Source: a virus
Taxonomy: Duplodnaviria; Caudoviricetes
Virus record (IMG/VR): IMGVR_UViG_3300037478_000110
Span: 1 to 50,278 of that record
Strand: one strand, 5' to 3'
Length of the DNA: 50,278 bases
Part shown: positions 34,740-43,209 of the stretch, in pieces
How positions within the stretch are numbered: position 1 is the first letter of the stretch
How the letters are laid out: every line of letters starts with the position of its first letter
Notes under the pieces: model-generated
The model's database searches: none
What the model was told of the DNA's origin: nothing
What the model saw: the letters and a program-made list of their open reading frames with translations, nothing else
Made by a program: the position numbers and the translations under genes

Positions 34740-34970
34740 TCAGCGCGGGGATTTAATAATGGCAGATCTCAGTAATTCGTTTATCCGCCCCTGCCAGCCT
34801 GGACCTGTAGCCCTGAATGCCGCTACGATATCGGGATCAAGGCGCAGCGACACAACGACCTTGCCTGATGGTGGCCTGCCTACTGGCTTCGCATCACCAC
34901 GGGCCCTGACCGTACGAGAGGGTTTGGGAACCGGTTTCTCCGGCTCGACTGTACGTGTTCTGATGGCCAT
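34740..34970 (-). CDS. Orphan BrnA-family antitoxin (RHH)
   Basis: GRP...K..VSLRLDPD.V..FRATG.GWQ.RIN..LR. Confidence 0.82.
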   Translation of the reverse strand: MAIRTRTVEPEKPVPKPSRTVRARGDAKPVGRPPSGKVVVSLRLDPDIVAAFRATGPGWQGRINELLRSAIIKSPR

Positions 34971-35014
34971 GTGTAATATGAAATACGAAATTAACCGAGA
35001 GTGCAAGATCAGCC

Positions 35015-35605
35015 ATGTCTGACGGCAGCGCGACAGAACACAAAAAAAAGCCGCTGGTGGCAATTTATGCGCTCATTGACCCGCGAGACGGCAGCCCACG
35101 TTATGTCGGCCAGAGCAAGCAGCCGACGCGCCGACTGCAACAGCACTGTCGCCTGAGCAACAATCGCGGGGGAACACCACGCAATACGTGGTTGCGGAAA
35201 CTCATCAGGCTTGGCCTGAAGCCGCAAATGCAGATCCTCGAATGGACAGGGGACTGGGACGAGGCTGAACGCCGCTTGATCGCTCAATATCGCAGCCAAG
35301 GTGCGCGCCTGACGAATGTGGCCATCGGTGGGCATGATCTGTCGCACGCCACCAGCGTCCCGCACTCGCCCGTCTCCATGAAACAATGGACGCCGCTGCA
35401 ATTCGTTCGCATTCGTCTCGCGGACTACCGCAACCACTGTAAGCGCCGTTCGCCTGAGGAACTGGCCCACGCTGAACATCTCATAGCCACGGTGGACGAG
35501 CGTGTTAAGCGGACGCTCAAGAAGATGGGCCACGTTGAAGGGCTGGCGTATCTCAACCTCGGCCTTGCCGAGCGTCACGCCGCACGGGCCATTAGGTATG
35601 GCTGA
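35015..35605 (+). CDS. GIY-YIG homing endonuclease
   Basis: IYALIDPR....RYVGQS....RR..QH ... AE...I.......LTN...GG. Confidence 0.85.
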   Translation: MSDGSATEHKKKPLVAIYALIDPRDGSPRYVGQSKQPTRRLQQHCRLSNNRGGTPRNTWLRKLIRLGLKPQMQILEWTGDWDEAERRLIAQYRSQGARLTNVAIGGHDLSHATSVPHSPVSMKQWTPLQFVRIRLADYRNHCKRRSPEELAHAEHLIATVDERVKRTLKKMGHVEGLAYLNLGLAERHAARAIRYG

Positions 35606-36167
35606 TACCGAAACCACCACTCGCGGCCGTCCATCTCTCTACGACCCGGACACCATGAACGAGCAGGTTGCCAAGCTCTGCCAACTGGGGGCAAAGGACA
35701 ACGAGATAGCCGACTTCTTCGGTGTCACTGAACGCACGGTCAATCGCTGGAAGGAAGACCATCCCGATTTTTGTCTGGCCATAAAGGAAGGCAAGCGGCA
35801 AGCCGATGCAAACGTGGCCAGCAGCCTGTACCATCGCGCCCTGGGCTACACGCACGCCGAGGAGAAGATATTCACGCACGAAGGCTCTATCATTCGGGCA
35901 GAGACGCTCAAGCACTACCCGCCGGACACCACGGCTGCTATCTTCTGGCTCAAGAACCGCAGGGCAGAGGACTGGCAGGACCGCAAGGAGATCGCTCATT
36001 CGGTGACTCTGACCGATGATCAGCTCGACGCACGCCTAGCAGCCCTGTCCAAGCAGGCAGGCGTCGTGATCGATGGCGAGTACGATGTTGTGGTGCAGCA
36101 CGAAGAGCCCGAAATGCTCGAATGTGATCACAATACCGCACCGCAAGACGGGGCAAAAGACACCTAA
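35598..36167 (+). CDS. Terminase small subunit
   Basis: GRPSLY; EIADFFGV..RT..RW...HP.F; SLY.RA.GY; PPDTTAAIFWLKNR. Confidence 0.88.
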   Translation: MADTETTTRGRPSLYDPDTMNEQVAKLCQLGAKDNEIADFFGVTERTVNRWKEDHPDFCLAIKEGKRQADANVASSLYHRALGYTHAEEKIFTHEGSIIRAETLKHYPPDTTAAIFWLKNRRAEDWQDRKEIAHSVTLTDDQLDARLAALSKQAGVVIDGEYDVVVQHEEPEMLECDHNTAPQDGAKDT

Positions 36168-36478
36168 GCCGTTGATATCGTTGATGGTGCGGTGCGCATA
36201 TTCCATAATGCATCTTATGCGAATAGCCTAAGCACCTGATAAACAACGCATTTCAGCACCCAATGCCAAAGTCAATGACCGTGCCCTTGGGCTGTACGCT
36301 GCTGTAGCGTGCGCCTGCCTGGTGCATGGGCTTTCCGGTTCGCGGGTCCCTTTTCGGCCACCCGGCGGGCCGGAGCAGATCGGCGCGGGTCCCATCGGGT
36401 CCGGGGGTCCCATCCCTCTACCAGCCCCTTGAGTTTACGTAATACAAAAACCCTTAGCGGGTCCCTTTAGGAGCGAGC

Positions 36479-36742
36479 ATGGGCGATGTAGTCGATCTTC
36501 AGTACGCCAAGGAATGTGAGAGCGACGACAACAAGGCTGTTCGGCCTGCATCTGTGCTTCGGATGGCCCTTGATGATGTCGAGGGCAACGACGCCGTTCT
36601 GAGGGTAATGGTTGTGGCTGAGGTTCGTCTTCCAGACGGCGGGTCAGAGGTCAACATGTACCGAGCGGGCTGTACCCGTCACGAGGAAGTCGCGCTGATC
36701 GAGCTTGCGCGGGAGTTCACCATGCGCAAGTGGCTCAGGTAG
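36479..36742 (+). CDS. Hypothetical protein (MGDVVDL)
   Basis: AGGAG RBS; paralogous start to the next gene. Confidence 0.65.
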   Translation: MGDVVDLQYAKECESDDNKAVRPASVLRMALDDVEGNDAVLRVMVVAEVRLPDGGSEVNMYRAGCTRHEEVALIELAREFTMRKWLR

Positions 36743-36749
36743 GGTCCCT

Positions 36750-36968
36750 ATGGGCGATGTAGTTGAGCTTCACACCGAGACGACCTTGGACATTCCGGTC
36801 GAGGGGGTCCTTAACGGGGCCTTGGATGCTGGGCTTGAGCATGTCGTGGTTGTGGGGCGGAACGAGGACGGGTCCCTTTACGCGGCTTCGTCGATCGGGT
36901 CCTCGGCGGAAACGGTATGGCTGCTTGAGGCGGCGAAGCGGCTGATCTTCGGCTTGGCCGGGGAGTAG
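36750..36968 (+). CDS. Hypothetical protein (MGDVVEL)
   Basis: TTLDIP...VL..A....L..V.V.G...DG..Y.ASS family pattern. Confidence 0.65.
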   Translation: MGDVVELHTETTLDIPVEGVLNGALDAGLEHVVVVGRNEDGSLYAASSIGSSAETVWLLEAAKRLIFGLAGE

Positions 36969-36975
36969 GGTCCCT

Positions 36976-37692
36976 ATGGGCATAGAGAACCTTTCGCGGG
37001 CACAGAAAGAGGAACTGGCGCGGCTTCTGGCGGAGAAGAAGCGCCGGGTGATGACGCGGCGGCTCTGGACGTACTACCCGGACGAGGGTCCCTTGAGGCG
37101 GGAGTTGTACCCGAAGCACTGCGCGTTCTTCGCGGCGGGGGCCAAGCACCGGGAGCGGTGCATGCTGGCCGGAAATCGTACCGGAAAATCGGAGGGAGTG
37201 GGGGCTTTCGAGGTAACGCTTCACCTCACCGGGCTTTACCCGGACTGGTGGGTAGGGCGGCGGTTTGAGGGGCCTGTGGCGGCTTGGGCGTGCGGAACCA
37301 CGAACGGGACAACGCGGGATATCGTGCAGGCGAAGCTTCTGGGCACACCGGGGGATCCGTCGATGCTGGGGACCGGGATGGTTCCGGCCGACAATCTGAT
37401 GAACACGGTTTCGAAGCCGGGGATACCGAACGCGATCGAGTCCGCGACGGTGAAGCATGTCTCGGGCGGGGTGTCTGCGGTCGGGTTCAAGTCCTATGAG
37501 CAGGGCCGCAAAGCGTTCGAGGGGACGGAGCGCGACGTGGTTTGGCTGGACGAGGAACCGCCGAAGTCGATCTATGACGAGTGCCTGATCCGTACCATGA
37601 CGACGAACGGGCTGATCCTTTGCACGTTCACGCCTTTGGAGGGCCTGACGGAGGTTGCGCTGTCGTTCCTGCCTGAGATGCAGGCGGCGTGA
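36976..37692 (+). CDS. Terminase large subunit, N-terminal ATPase half (P22 gp2-like)
   Basis: Walker A AGNRTGKS; Walker B VVWLDEEP; coupling motif TFTP; ends LSFLPEMQAA*. Confidence 0.9.
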   Translation: MGIENLSRAQKEELARLLAEKKRRVMTRRLWTYYPDEGPLRRELYPKHCAFFAAGAKHRERCMLAGNRTGKSEGVGAFEVTLHLTGLYPDWWVGRRFEGPVAAWACGTTNGTTRDIVQAKLLGTPGDPSMLGTGMVPADNLMNTVSKPGIPNAIESATVKHVSGGVSAVGFKSYEQGRKAFEGTERDVVWLDEEPPKSIYDECLIRTMTTNGLILCTFTPLEGLTEVALSFLPEMQAA

Positions 37693-37954
37693 CGATAGGC
37701 GGCTTCTCGCCCATGAAGCCGTCTGCCATCTCAAGTGCGGGGTCTTCGGAGAATTCGTAGAGAACAACCCAGTTTGTCGGGCCGTGCCATGCGTCTGTGT
37801 CTTCGGACGCACGGTCGGCTTCAAAGCCTATATCCATGCGCTCGCCAATGGTTTCCGAGCCGACCGTGTACCACCCGCTTGATGGGTAAAACTTGGCAAT
37901 CTTGATGCGGTCGCCGGTGATGCGGTTGTAAAGCCACATTGAGTTGTTCGCCAT
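37628..37954 (-). CDS. Antisense leaderless gene inserted between the TerL halves
   Basis: 108-aa ORF; TTGCTC-N17-TAGGTT-N6-ATG. Confidence 0.65.
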   Translation of the reverse strand: MANNSMWLYNRITGDRIKIAKFYPSSGWYTVGSETIGERMDIGFEADRASEDTDAWHGPTNWVVLYEFSEDPALEMADGFMGEKPPIVTPPASQAGTTAQPPSGPPKA

Positions 37955-37981
37955 CCCCGAAACCTAGCAGAAAACCGCCGC

Positions 37982-38734
37982 ATGAGCAAATGGTGCATAC
38001 AGGCGACGTGGGATGATGTTCCTCACCTCTCGGCCCGCGAAAAAGAAGAACTGTGGGGCGAGATCCCGCCGCATCAGCGCGATGCTCGCACTCGCGGGAT
38101 TCCTGTCCTTGGTTCCGGTGTTATCTATCCGGTTCCCGAGGGTGCTTTTGTTGTCGAGCCTTTTGAGATCCCTCATCACTGGCCTCGTGCGTTCGGCATG
38201 GACGTGGGCTGGAACCGCACTGCGGCGGCATGGGGCGCGCTGGACCGCGAATCCGACACGCTCTATCTGTACTCGGAACATTACCAAGGCCAAGCCGAAC
38301 CATCGATCCATGCCGACGCCATCAAGGCGCGGGGATCATGGATACCGGGCGTCATCGACCCGGCCTCGAACCAGCGCAACCAGAAGGACGGCGAGCAGTT
38401 GCTGGTGGTCTACCAGCGCATGGGCCTCGACCTCCACAAGGCGGACAACGCGGTGGAGGCCGGCATTCATACCGTGTTCCAGCGCTTGGCATCGGGGCGG
38501 CTGAAAGTCTTCCGCACCATGACGAGCTGGCTGGGGGAAATCAGGATTTATCGCCGCGACGAGACCGGCAAGGTGGTGAAGGAGCGCGATCACCTCATGG
38601 ACGCGACCCGCTATCTCGTCATGTCCGGCATCAGGCTTGCCCGCAAGGAACCGATCTTCGACGAGGAATCCGACCTCTACGGATATCTCGCGGCGAGCGG
38701 TGGTTCCGGCCGCAGTGCCATAACGGGATACTGA
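37982..38734 (+). CDS. Terminase large subunit, C-terminal (lid + RNase H nuclease) half
   Basis: WDDVPHL...RDART.GIP.LGSG; GMDVG; DHLMDATRY. Confidence 0.9.
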   Translation: MSKWCIQATWDDVPHLSAREKEELWGEIPPHQRDARTRGIPVLGSGVIYPVPEGAFVVEPFEIPHHWPRAFGMDVGWNRTAAAWGALDRESDTLYLYSEHYQGQAEPSIHADAIKARGSWIPGVIDPASNQRNQKDGEQLLVVYQRMGLDLHKADNAVEAGIHTVFQRLASGRLKVFRTMTSWLGEIRIYRRDETGKVVKERDHLMDATRYLVMSGIRLARKEPIFDEESDLYGYLAASGGSGRSAITGY

Positions 38735-38735
38735 C

Positions 38736-40742
38736 ATGAGCCTCGACAAGCTGCGCCGGTACATGGAGTCGGCAAACCTCGCCGTCGACATGGACGATGA
38801 GGAACTGACACGTATCGGTGGGGAGTGCATCCGCGAGTACAAGATCGATGACGAATCCCGATCCGACTGGGTGGAGGACGCGGAAAAGTCGATGGACCTC
38901 GCCAAGATGGTCCACGAGAAAAAGTCGTGGCCGTTCGAAGGCGCGGCCAACATCAAGTACCCGCTGATCACCACGGCGGCGATGCAGTTCGCGGCCCGTG
39001 CCTATCCGGCCGTTGTCGATGGTTCGAAGGTGGTCAAGGCGCAGATCGTCGGTGACGATCCCACGGGCGAAAAGCAGAGCAAGGGCGACCGGGTTGCGGA
39101 GCACATGTCGTGGCAGCTCCTCAACGAAATCGAGGAATGGGAGGAAGACACCGACACCCTCCTGCATCAGATCCCCATCGTCGGGGCCGGGTTCAAGAAG
39201 GTCTACTATTCCAAGGCGCAGGACAGGCGCTGCATCGAGTTCGTGCCGGCAATCGACCTCGTCGTCCACAACTACAACACCCGCTCCCTGCTGACCTGTC
39301 CGCGCATCACGCATCGGTTCGAGCGCCACCCCTACGAGATAGCCGAGAACCAGCGGTCAAAGTTGTGGCTGAACGTCGATCTTGGCATTCCCCAGGAAGG
39401 CGGCAACGACAGTCAGGCGCCGCACGAGTTCATCGAGCAGCACCGCTACATGGACCTCGACGAAGACGAGATCGACGAGCCCTACATCGTCATCGTCCAT
39501 GTCAAGTCGGAACGGGTCATGCGCATCGTCGCCAACTACACGGCCGACGACGTGAAGTTGACCGGGGCCGGCAAGGTCAAGCGGGTTGCGCGGCAGAACT
39601 ATTTTGTCCGCTACCAGTTCATGCCGGCGGCCGATGGGGGGTTCTACGGCACCGGCTTCGGGTCCCTTCTCAGGTCGATCAATGAGACGGTCAACTCGAC
39701 GCTGAACCAGATGCTCGATGCCGGGACGCTGCAAAACGCAGGTGGTGGTTTCATCGGCAACGGGCTTTCCCTGAGGCAAGGCATCATCCGCCAGAAGGTC
39801 GGTGAATATCAGCAGATCAATGCGAGCGGAGATGATATCCGCAAGTCCATCGTCCACCACGAGCACCCCGGCCCGTCCGACTCCCTGTTCAAGTTGCTTG
39901 GCCTGATGATCGAGGCCGCCAAGGAAGTCGCGTCGGTGAAGGACATCCTGACCGGCGAGGCGCCAAAGAATACACCCGCAACAACCACGCTAGCCCTGAT
40001 CGAGCAGGGCCTGATGGTGTTCACGTCGATCTACAAGCGCATCCACCGCTCGCTCAAGCAGGAATTGAAACTGCTGTTCGATCTGAATGCAAGGACGCTA
40101 CCACCGAAATTCTACTTCACCGTGCTCGACGATCAGAAAGCGGTCGCACAAGAGGATTACGACACCGGGTCCTTCGATGTCATCCCGGTCAGCGATCCGA
40201 AGTTCGCGTCCGACACGCAGAAGATCACCCGCGCCCAGTTGATGCTGGAGATCAGCTCGCACCCGCACATCAACGCCAAGGAAGCGATGAAACGCTTCCT
40301 GATCGACACCCGCACCGACCGCCCCGAGGAACTTCTGGCCGACCCGGCGCCCGATGTCGCCGGCCAGATGAAGGCCGCCAAGGACTTCGGCGTCATCGCC
40401 AAGATGGAGGCCGAAGCGACCCGCATCCTCACCGAGGCGATCAAGAATTTGGCCACCGCCGAAGCGGCGGAAATGGGTCCGCAATTGGAACAGTACAAAG
40501 CCCAGTTGCAGGCCCTCGTTCAACAGATGGGAGCACAGAGCAATGGTTCTGGGGATCAGTCAGGAGGATTGGGACCAGTGGAAGGACAACCCGGTGACGC
40601 AAGCCTTCCTACAGGGCCTGTCGATCTACCAGCAGACCCTGGCGGACGGGTACTTGGTGAAGCAGTTGAGCCGGGAGACGGCGGACCAGAGTCTACTCGA
40701 CCGTACTCGCGAGCGGATGTGGTTAGCGAAAGAGCTTACTGA
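38736..40742 (+). CDS. Portal protein (P22-like)
   Basis: 668 aa after TerL; K.WPF.GAAN.KYPL; GFYG.G; NQ.LDAGTL.N; TT.ALIEQG..VF..I.KR. Confidence 0.88.
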   Translation: MSLDKLRRYMESANLAVDMDDEELTRIGGECIREYKIDDESRSDWVEDAEKSMDLAKMVHEKKSWPFEGAANIKYPLITTAAMQFAARAYPAVVDGSKVVKAQIVGDDPTGEKQSKGDRVAEHMSWQLLNEIEEWEEDTDTLLHQIPIVGAGFKKVYYSKAQDRRCIEFVPAIDLVVHNYNTRSLLTCPRITHRFERHPYEIAENQRSKLWLNVDLGIPQEGGNDSQAPHEFIEQHRYMDLDEDEIDEPYIVIVHVKSERVMRIVANYTADDVKLTGAGKVKRVARQNYFVRYQFMPAADGGFYGTGFGSLLRSINETVNSTLNQMLDAGTLQNAGGGFIGNGLSLRQGIIRQKVGEYQQINASGDDIRKSIVHHEHPGPSDSLFKLLGLMIEAAKEVASVKDILTGEAPKNTPATTTLALIEQGLMVFTSIYKRIHRSLKQELKLLFDLNARTLPPKFYFTVLDDQKAVAQEDYDTGSFDVIPVSDPKFASDTQKITRAQLMLEISSHPHINAKEAMKRFLIDTRTDRPEELLADPAPDVAGQMKAAKDFGVIAKMEAEATRILTEAIKNLATAEAAEMGPQLEQYKAQLQALVQQMGAQSNGSGDQSGGLGPVEGQPGDASLPTGPVDLPADPGGRVLGEAVEPGDGGPESTRPYSRADVVSERAY

Positions 40743-40800
40743 ATGGACACTAGCAGACGTGGAGAGCCTTCATGACGGAAAGCGGCATCAGGCCGATTGA
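40543..40800 (+). CDS. Small conserved-looking protein overlapping the portal tail
   Basis: GGAG upstream; W..WK..PVT motif; overlaps the low-complexity portal C-terminus. Confidence 0.6.
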   Translation: MVLGISQEDWDQWKDNPVTQAFLQGLSIYQQTLADGYLVKQLSRETADQSLLDRTRERMWLAKELTEWTLADVESLHDGKRHQAD

Positions 40801-41086
40801 GTTCAACGTCCTCGTGCGTGTGCGCGAGGTCCAGAAGCAGACAGCCGGCGGCATCTACATGCCGGACGAAGTGATTCAGCGCGACCAGATGGCCGAAATG
40901 GAAGGCCAGATCGTCGACATGTCGCCCCTTGCCTTCACCTATGACGAATGGCCGGCTGGCTCACGCCTTCCCCAGGTCGGCGATACGGTGGTGTTCACCA
41001 AATATGCCGGCTCGGAACGCATCGGCAAGGACGGCAACAAGTATCGCCTTGTGAAAGACAAGGATATCGCAGCAATTCTGGAGTAG
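40772..41086 (+). CDS. groES: GroES-like co-chaperonin (Cpn10)
   Basis: IRP....VLV.......TAGGI.MP; VGD.V.F.KYAG; LVKD.DI.AIL. Confidence 0.85.
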   Translation: MTESGIRPIEFNVLVRVREVQKQTAGGIYMPDEVIQRDQMAEMEGQIVDMSPLAFTYDEWPAGSRLPQVGDTVVFTKYAGSERIGKDGNKYRLVKDKDIAAILE

Positions 41087-41096
41087 AAAGCTGGTC

Positions 41097-41987
41097 ATGG
41101 ACGAAAAAGAGCAGGTTGACGATGTATTACTCGACGAAACCGACGAAACCGAGCACGAGGAAGGCGAAGAAGTCGTCGAAACCGGCGATGAAAGCGACGG
41201 CGGCACCCAAACCAACCCGGAAACCGAGGCCGAAGCCCGCAAGCAAGGTTGGGTATCGCTAGAGGAATGGACGGCGCGGGGCAAAAGCCCTGACGAGCAC
41301 CGTTCGGCGGAAGAATTCGTCGAGGTCGGGCGCCGGTCGATCCCGATCCTGCAAAAGCGCCTCGATAGTGCCGAGCGATTGCTGGCTGAACAGCGTGCCG
41401 AGCAGGTCAAACGGTACGAACGCCTGGAGCGCGCCAATAAAAAGGCGATGGAACTCCAGCGCAAGAAGATCGAGTCCGAATTCGAGGCCAAGATTCGCAC
41501 CTCTGTCGAGGAAGGCGATATCGACACCTTCGATCGGCTGAACAAGGACCGCGACGAAGCCGTAAAGGAATTCGACGAGACCGAGGACGAGCCGGAGAAG
41601 CCCGAGACCGACCCCGTAGCGGTGGCATGGATCGACGCCAACTCGTGGTTCAAGACCGATGACGAGATGAGGGCCGTCGCGGATGCCCGGTTCAACAAGA
41701 GCCGTGCCGACAATCCGAACGCGGACCTTTCCGTTCATCTCGCCGCCGCCCGCAAGCGCGTGGTGGAGAAGTTCCCCGAAGCCTTCCCCGGCGAACATCC
41801 CAGAGAGAGGACCATGGCAGACCTGAAGGACACAGTAGAAAGCGGCTCCCGCAACGGGTCCGGCAAGACCAAGAAGACCAAGGCGGCCGACCTCCCCGCA
41901 GAGGCCCGCAAGGCGGGCACGGAGTTCGTGGCGCAGGGCCTCTACAAGGACCTGGAAGCCTACGCAGCAGCATATTTCGAGGATTGA
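41097..41987 (+). CDS. Capsid scaffolding protein
   Basis: Acidic N-terminus, EA...GW, coiled coil, W...N.WF; upstream of the capsid genes. Confidence 0.7.
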   Translation: MDEKEQVDDVLLDETDETEHEEGEEVVETGDESDGGTQTNPETEAEARKQGWVSLEEWTARGKSPDEHRSAEEFVEVGRRSIPILQKRLDSAERLLAEQRAEQVKRYERLERANKKAMELQRKKIESEFEAKIRTSVEEGDIDTFDRLNKDRDEAVKEFDETEDEPEKPETDPVAVAWIDANSWFKTDDEMRAVADARFNKSRADNPNADLSVHLAAARKRVVEKFPEAFPGEHPRERTMADLKDTVESGSRNGSGKTKKTKAADLPAEARKAGTEFVAQGLYKDLEAYAAAYFED

Positions 41988-42526
41988 TGACTATGACGGA
42001 TCAGATCAAGCGCGGCCCCGGCCGTCCCCGCAAGGATGAGGCCGAAGCCCCCGCACAACCTATTCCCCAGCGGGTACAGCAGACCCGCACCGCAAGGCGC
42101 CGCCGCCAGGACGGAGATTTCTCCGGGGCAGGGCGCAAGCTCCACGTCGATCCCTCGCTGAAGGACCCGAATTTCGAATACCGCTGGCTCAATGACGATG
42201 CCGGTCGGTTGCACGAAAAGACGGTCCTCGACGACTGGGATTTCGTGACAGATCCGGCGGCACAGGCCGACCCGGACATGGAAGCAAGCAACGCCGATAT
42301 CGGCACCCGGATTTCCCGCATTGTCGGCAAGGACGCAAACGGCAAGCCGCAGATGGCTTATCTCGTCCGCAAGCCGAAAGAGTTTCATGCCGAGGATTTC
42401 CAGAAGGCACAAGCAGCAATCACCGCGACCGTGGACGACCTCAAACGAGGTGTCGTCAACGACCCGCGTGCTCTTTCGGGAGACAAGGCTTACGTGCCAA
42501 AGGACGGGATCAAGATCTCGGACTGA
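41987..42526 (+). CDS. Head-module hypothetical protein
   Basis: RGPGRPRK; YRW.ND...R; coupled to the scaffold. Confidence 0.6.
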   Translation: MTMTDQIKRGPGRPRKDEAEAPAQPIPQRVQQTRTARRRRQDGDFSGAGRKLHVDPSLKDPNFEYRWLNDDAGRLHEKTVLDDWDFVTDPAAQADPDMEASNADIGTRISRIVGKDANGKPQMAYLVRKPKEFHAEDFQKAQAAITATVDDLKRGVVNDPRALSGDKAYVPKDGIKISD

Positions 42527-42570
42527 AAGCCCGTTGCCCGGTTTCCCTCCCCAATCATGGAAACTGAACA

Positions 42571-43197
42571 ATGGCAAACACCGACAATGCGTTCGGCTTG
42601 AAGCCGGTCCGGTATATGAGCGGCGCACCCTATCAGGGTCAGTCGAATCCGTATTTCGCGACCGGGGCCACCGGACAGATCGCCCCCGGCGATCCCGTTA
42701 CCCTCACGGGTAGCACCAACACTGCCGCTTTCGGCGGACACGAGGCCGGCACCCTTCAGCAGGTGTCTCTCGCGACCGCCGGCGACACCAACCCGATCGT
42801 GGGGGTCTGTGTCTCGGTCGCTCCGGTGACCCACGAGAGCCTGACCTACCGCGTGACCTCGACCGACCGCGTGATCTTCGTGGCCGATTCCCCCGATCTG
42901 ATCTTCCAGGTTCAGGCCGACGACGACGCCGACTCCACCGACTGGAGTGCGACGGAAAGCGGACTGTTCGCCAATCTGGCTTCGGCCACGGCGGACACCG
43001 CATACGGTCGGTCCAAGTGGGAACTGGACGGCTCCGACAACCCGGACTCGGACTATTCCAATCAGGTGTTTCTGAAGGGACTGGCTCCGCTTCCGGGCAA
43101 CGAGTTCGGCCCGTTCTCCATCTGGGAAGTCCAGATCAACCTTCATCAGTATACGACGGGCGCCATCAGCGCGGCCGGTCGTTTCGAAGCAATCTAG
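42571..43197 (+). CDS. Capsid decoration/minor head protein
   Basis: MAN.D.AFGLKPV; GD.V; D.PD.IF.VQ; precedes the major capsid gene. Confidence 0.65.
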   Translation: MANTDNAFGLKPVRYMSGAPYQGQSNPYFATGATGQIAPGDPVTLTGSTNTAAFGGHEAGTLQQVSLATAGDTNPIVGVCVSVAPVTHESLTYRVTSTDRVIFVADSPDLIFQVQADDDADSTDWSATESGLFANLASATADTAYGRSKWELDGSDNPDSDYSNQVFLKGLAPLPGNEFGPFSIWEVQINLHQYTTGAISAAGRFEAI

Positions 43198-43209
43198 GGG
43201 GATTGAGCA

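Larger units (their letters stand above)
36344..37092 (+). repeat. Cluster of same-orientation GGGTCCC heptamers (candidate packaging signals)
   Basis: GGGTCCC at 36344, 36387, 36405, 36459, 36742, 36870, 36968 and 37086; GGGTCC variants at 36397, 36805 and 36897. Confidence 0.75.

Noticed and set aside
37693-37981. Group I/II intron or intein in terL
   Set aside because: No recognisable intron core, GUGYG start or domain V, and no intein motifs; the gap is filled by an antisense ORF with its own promoter
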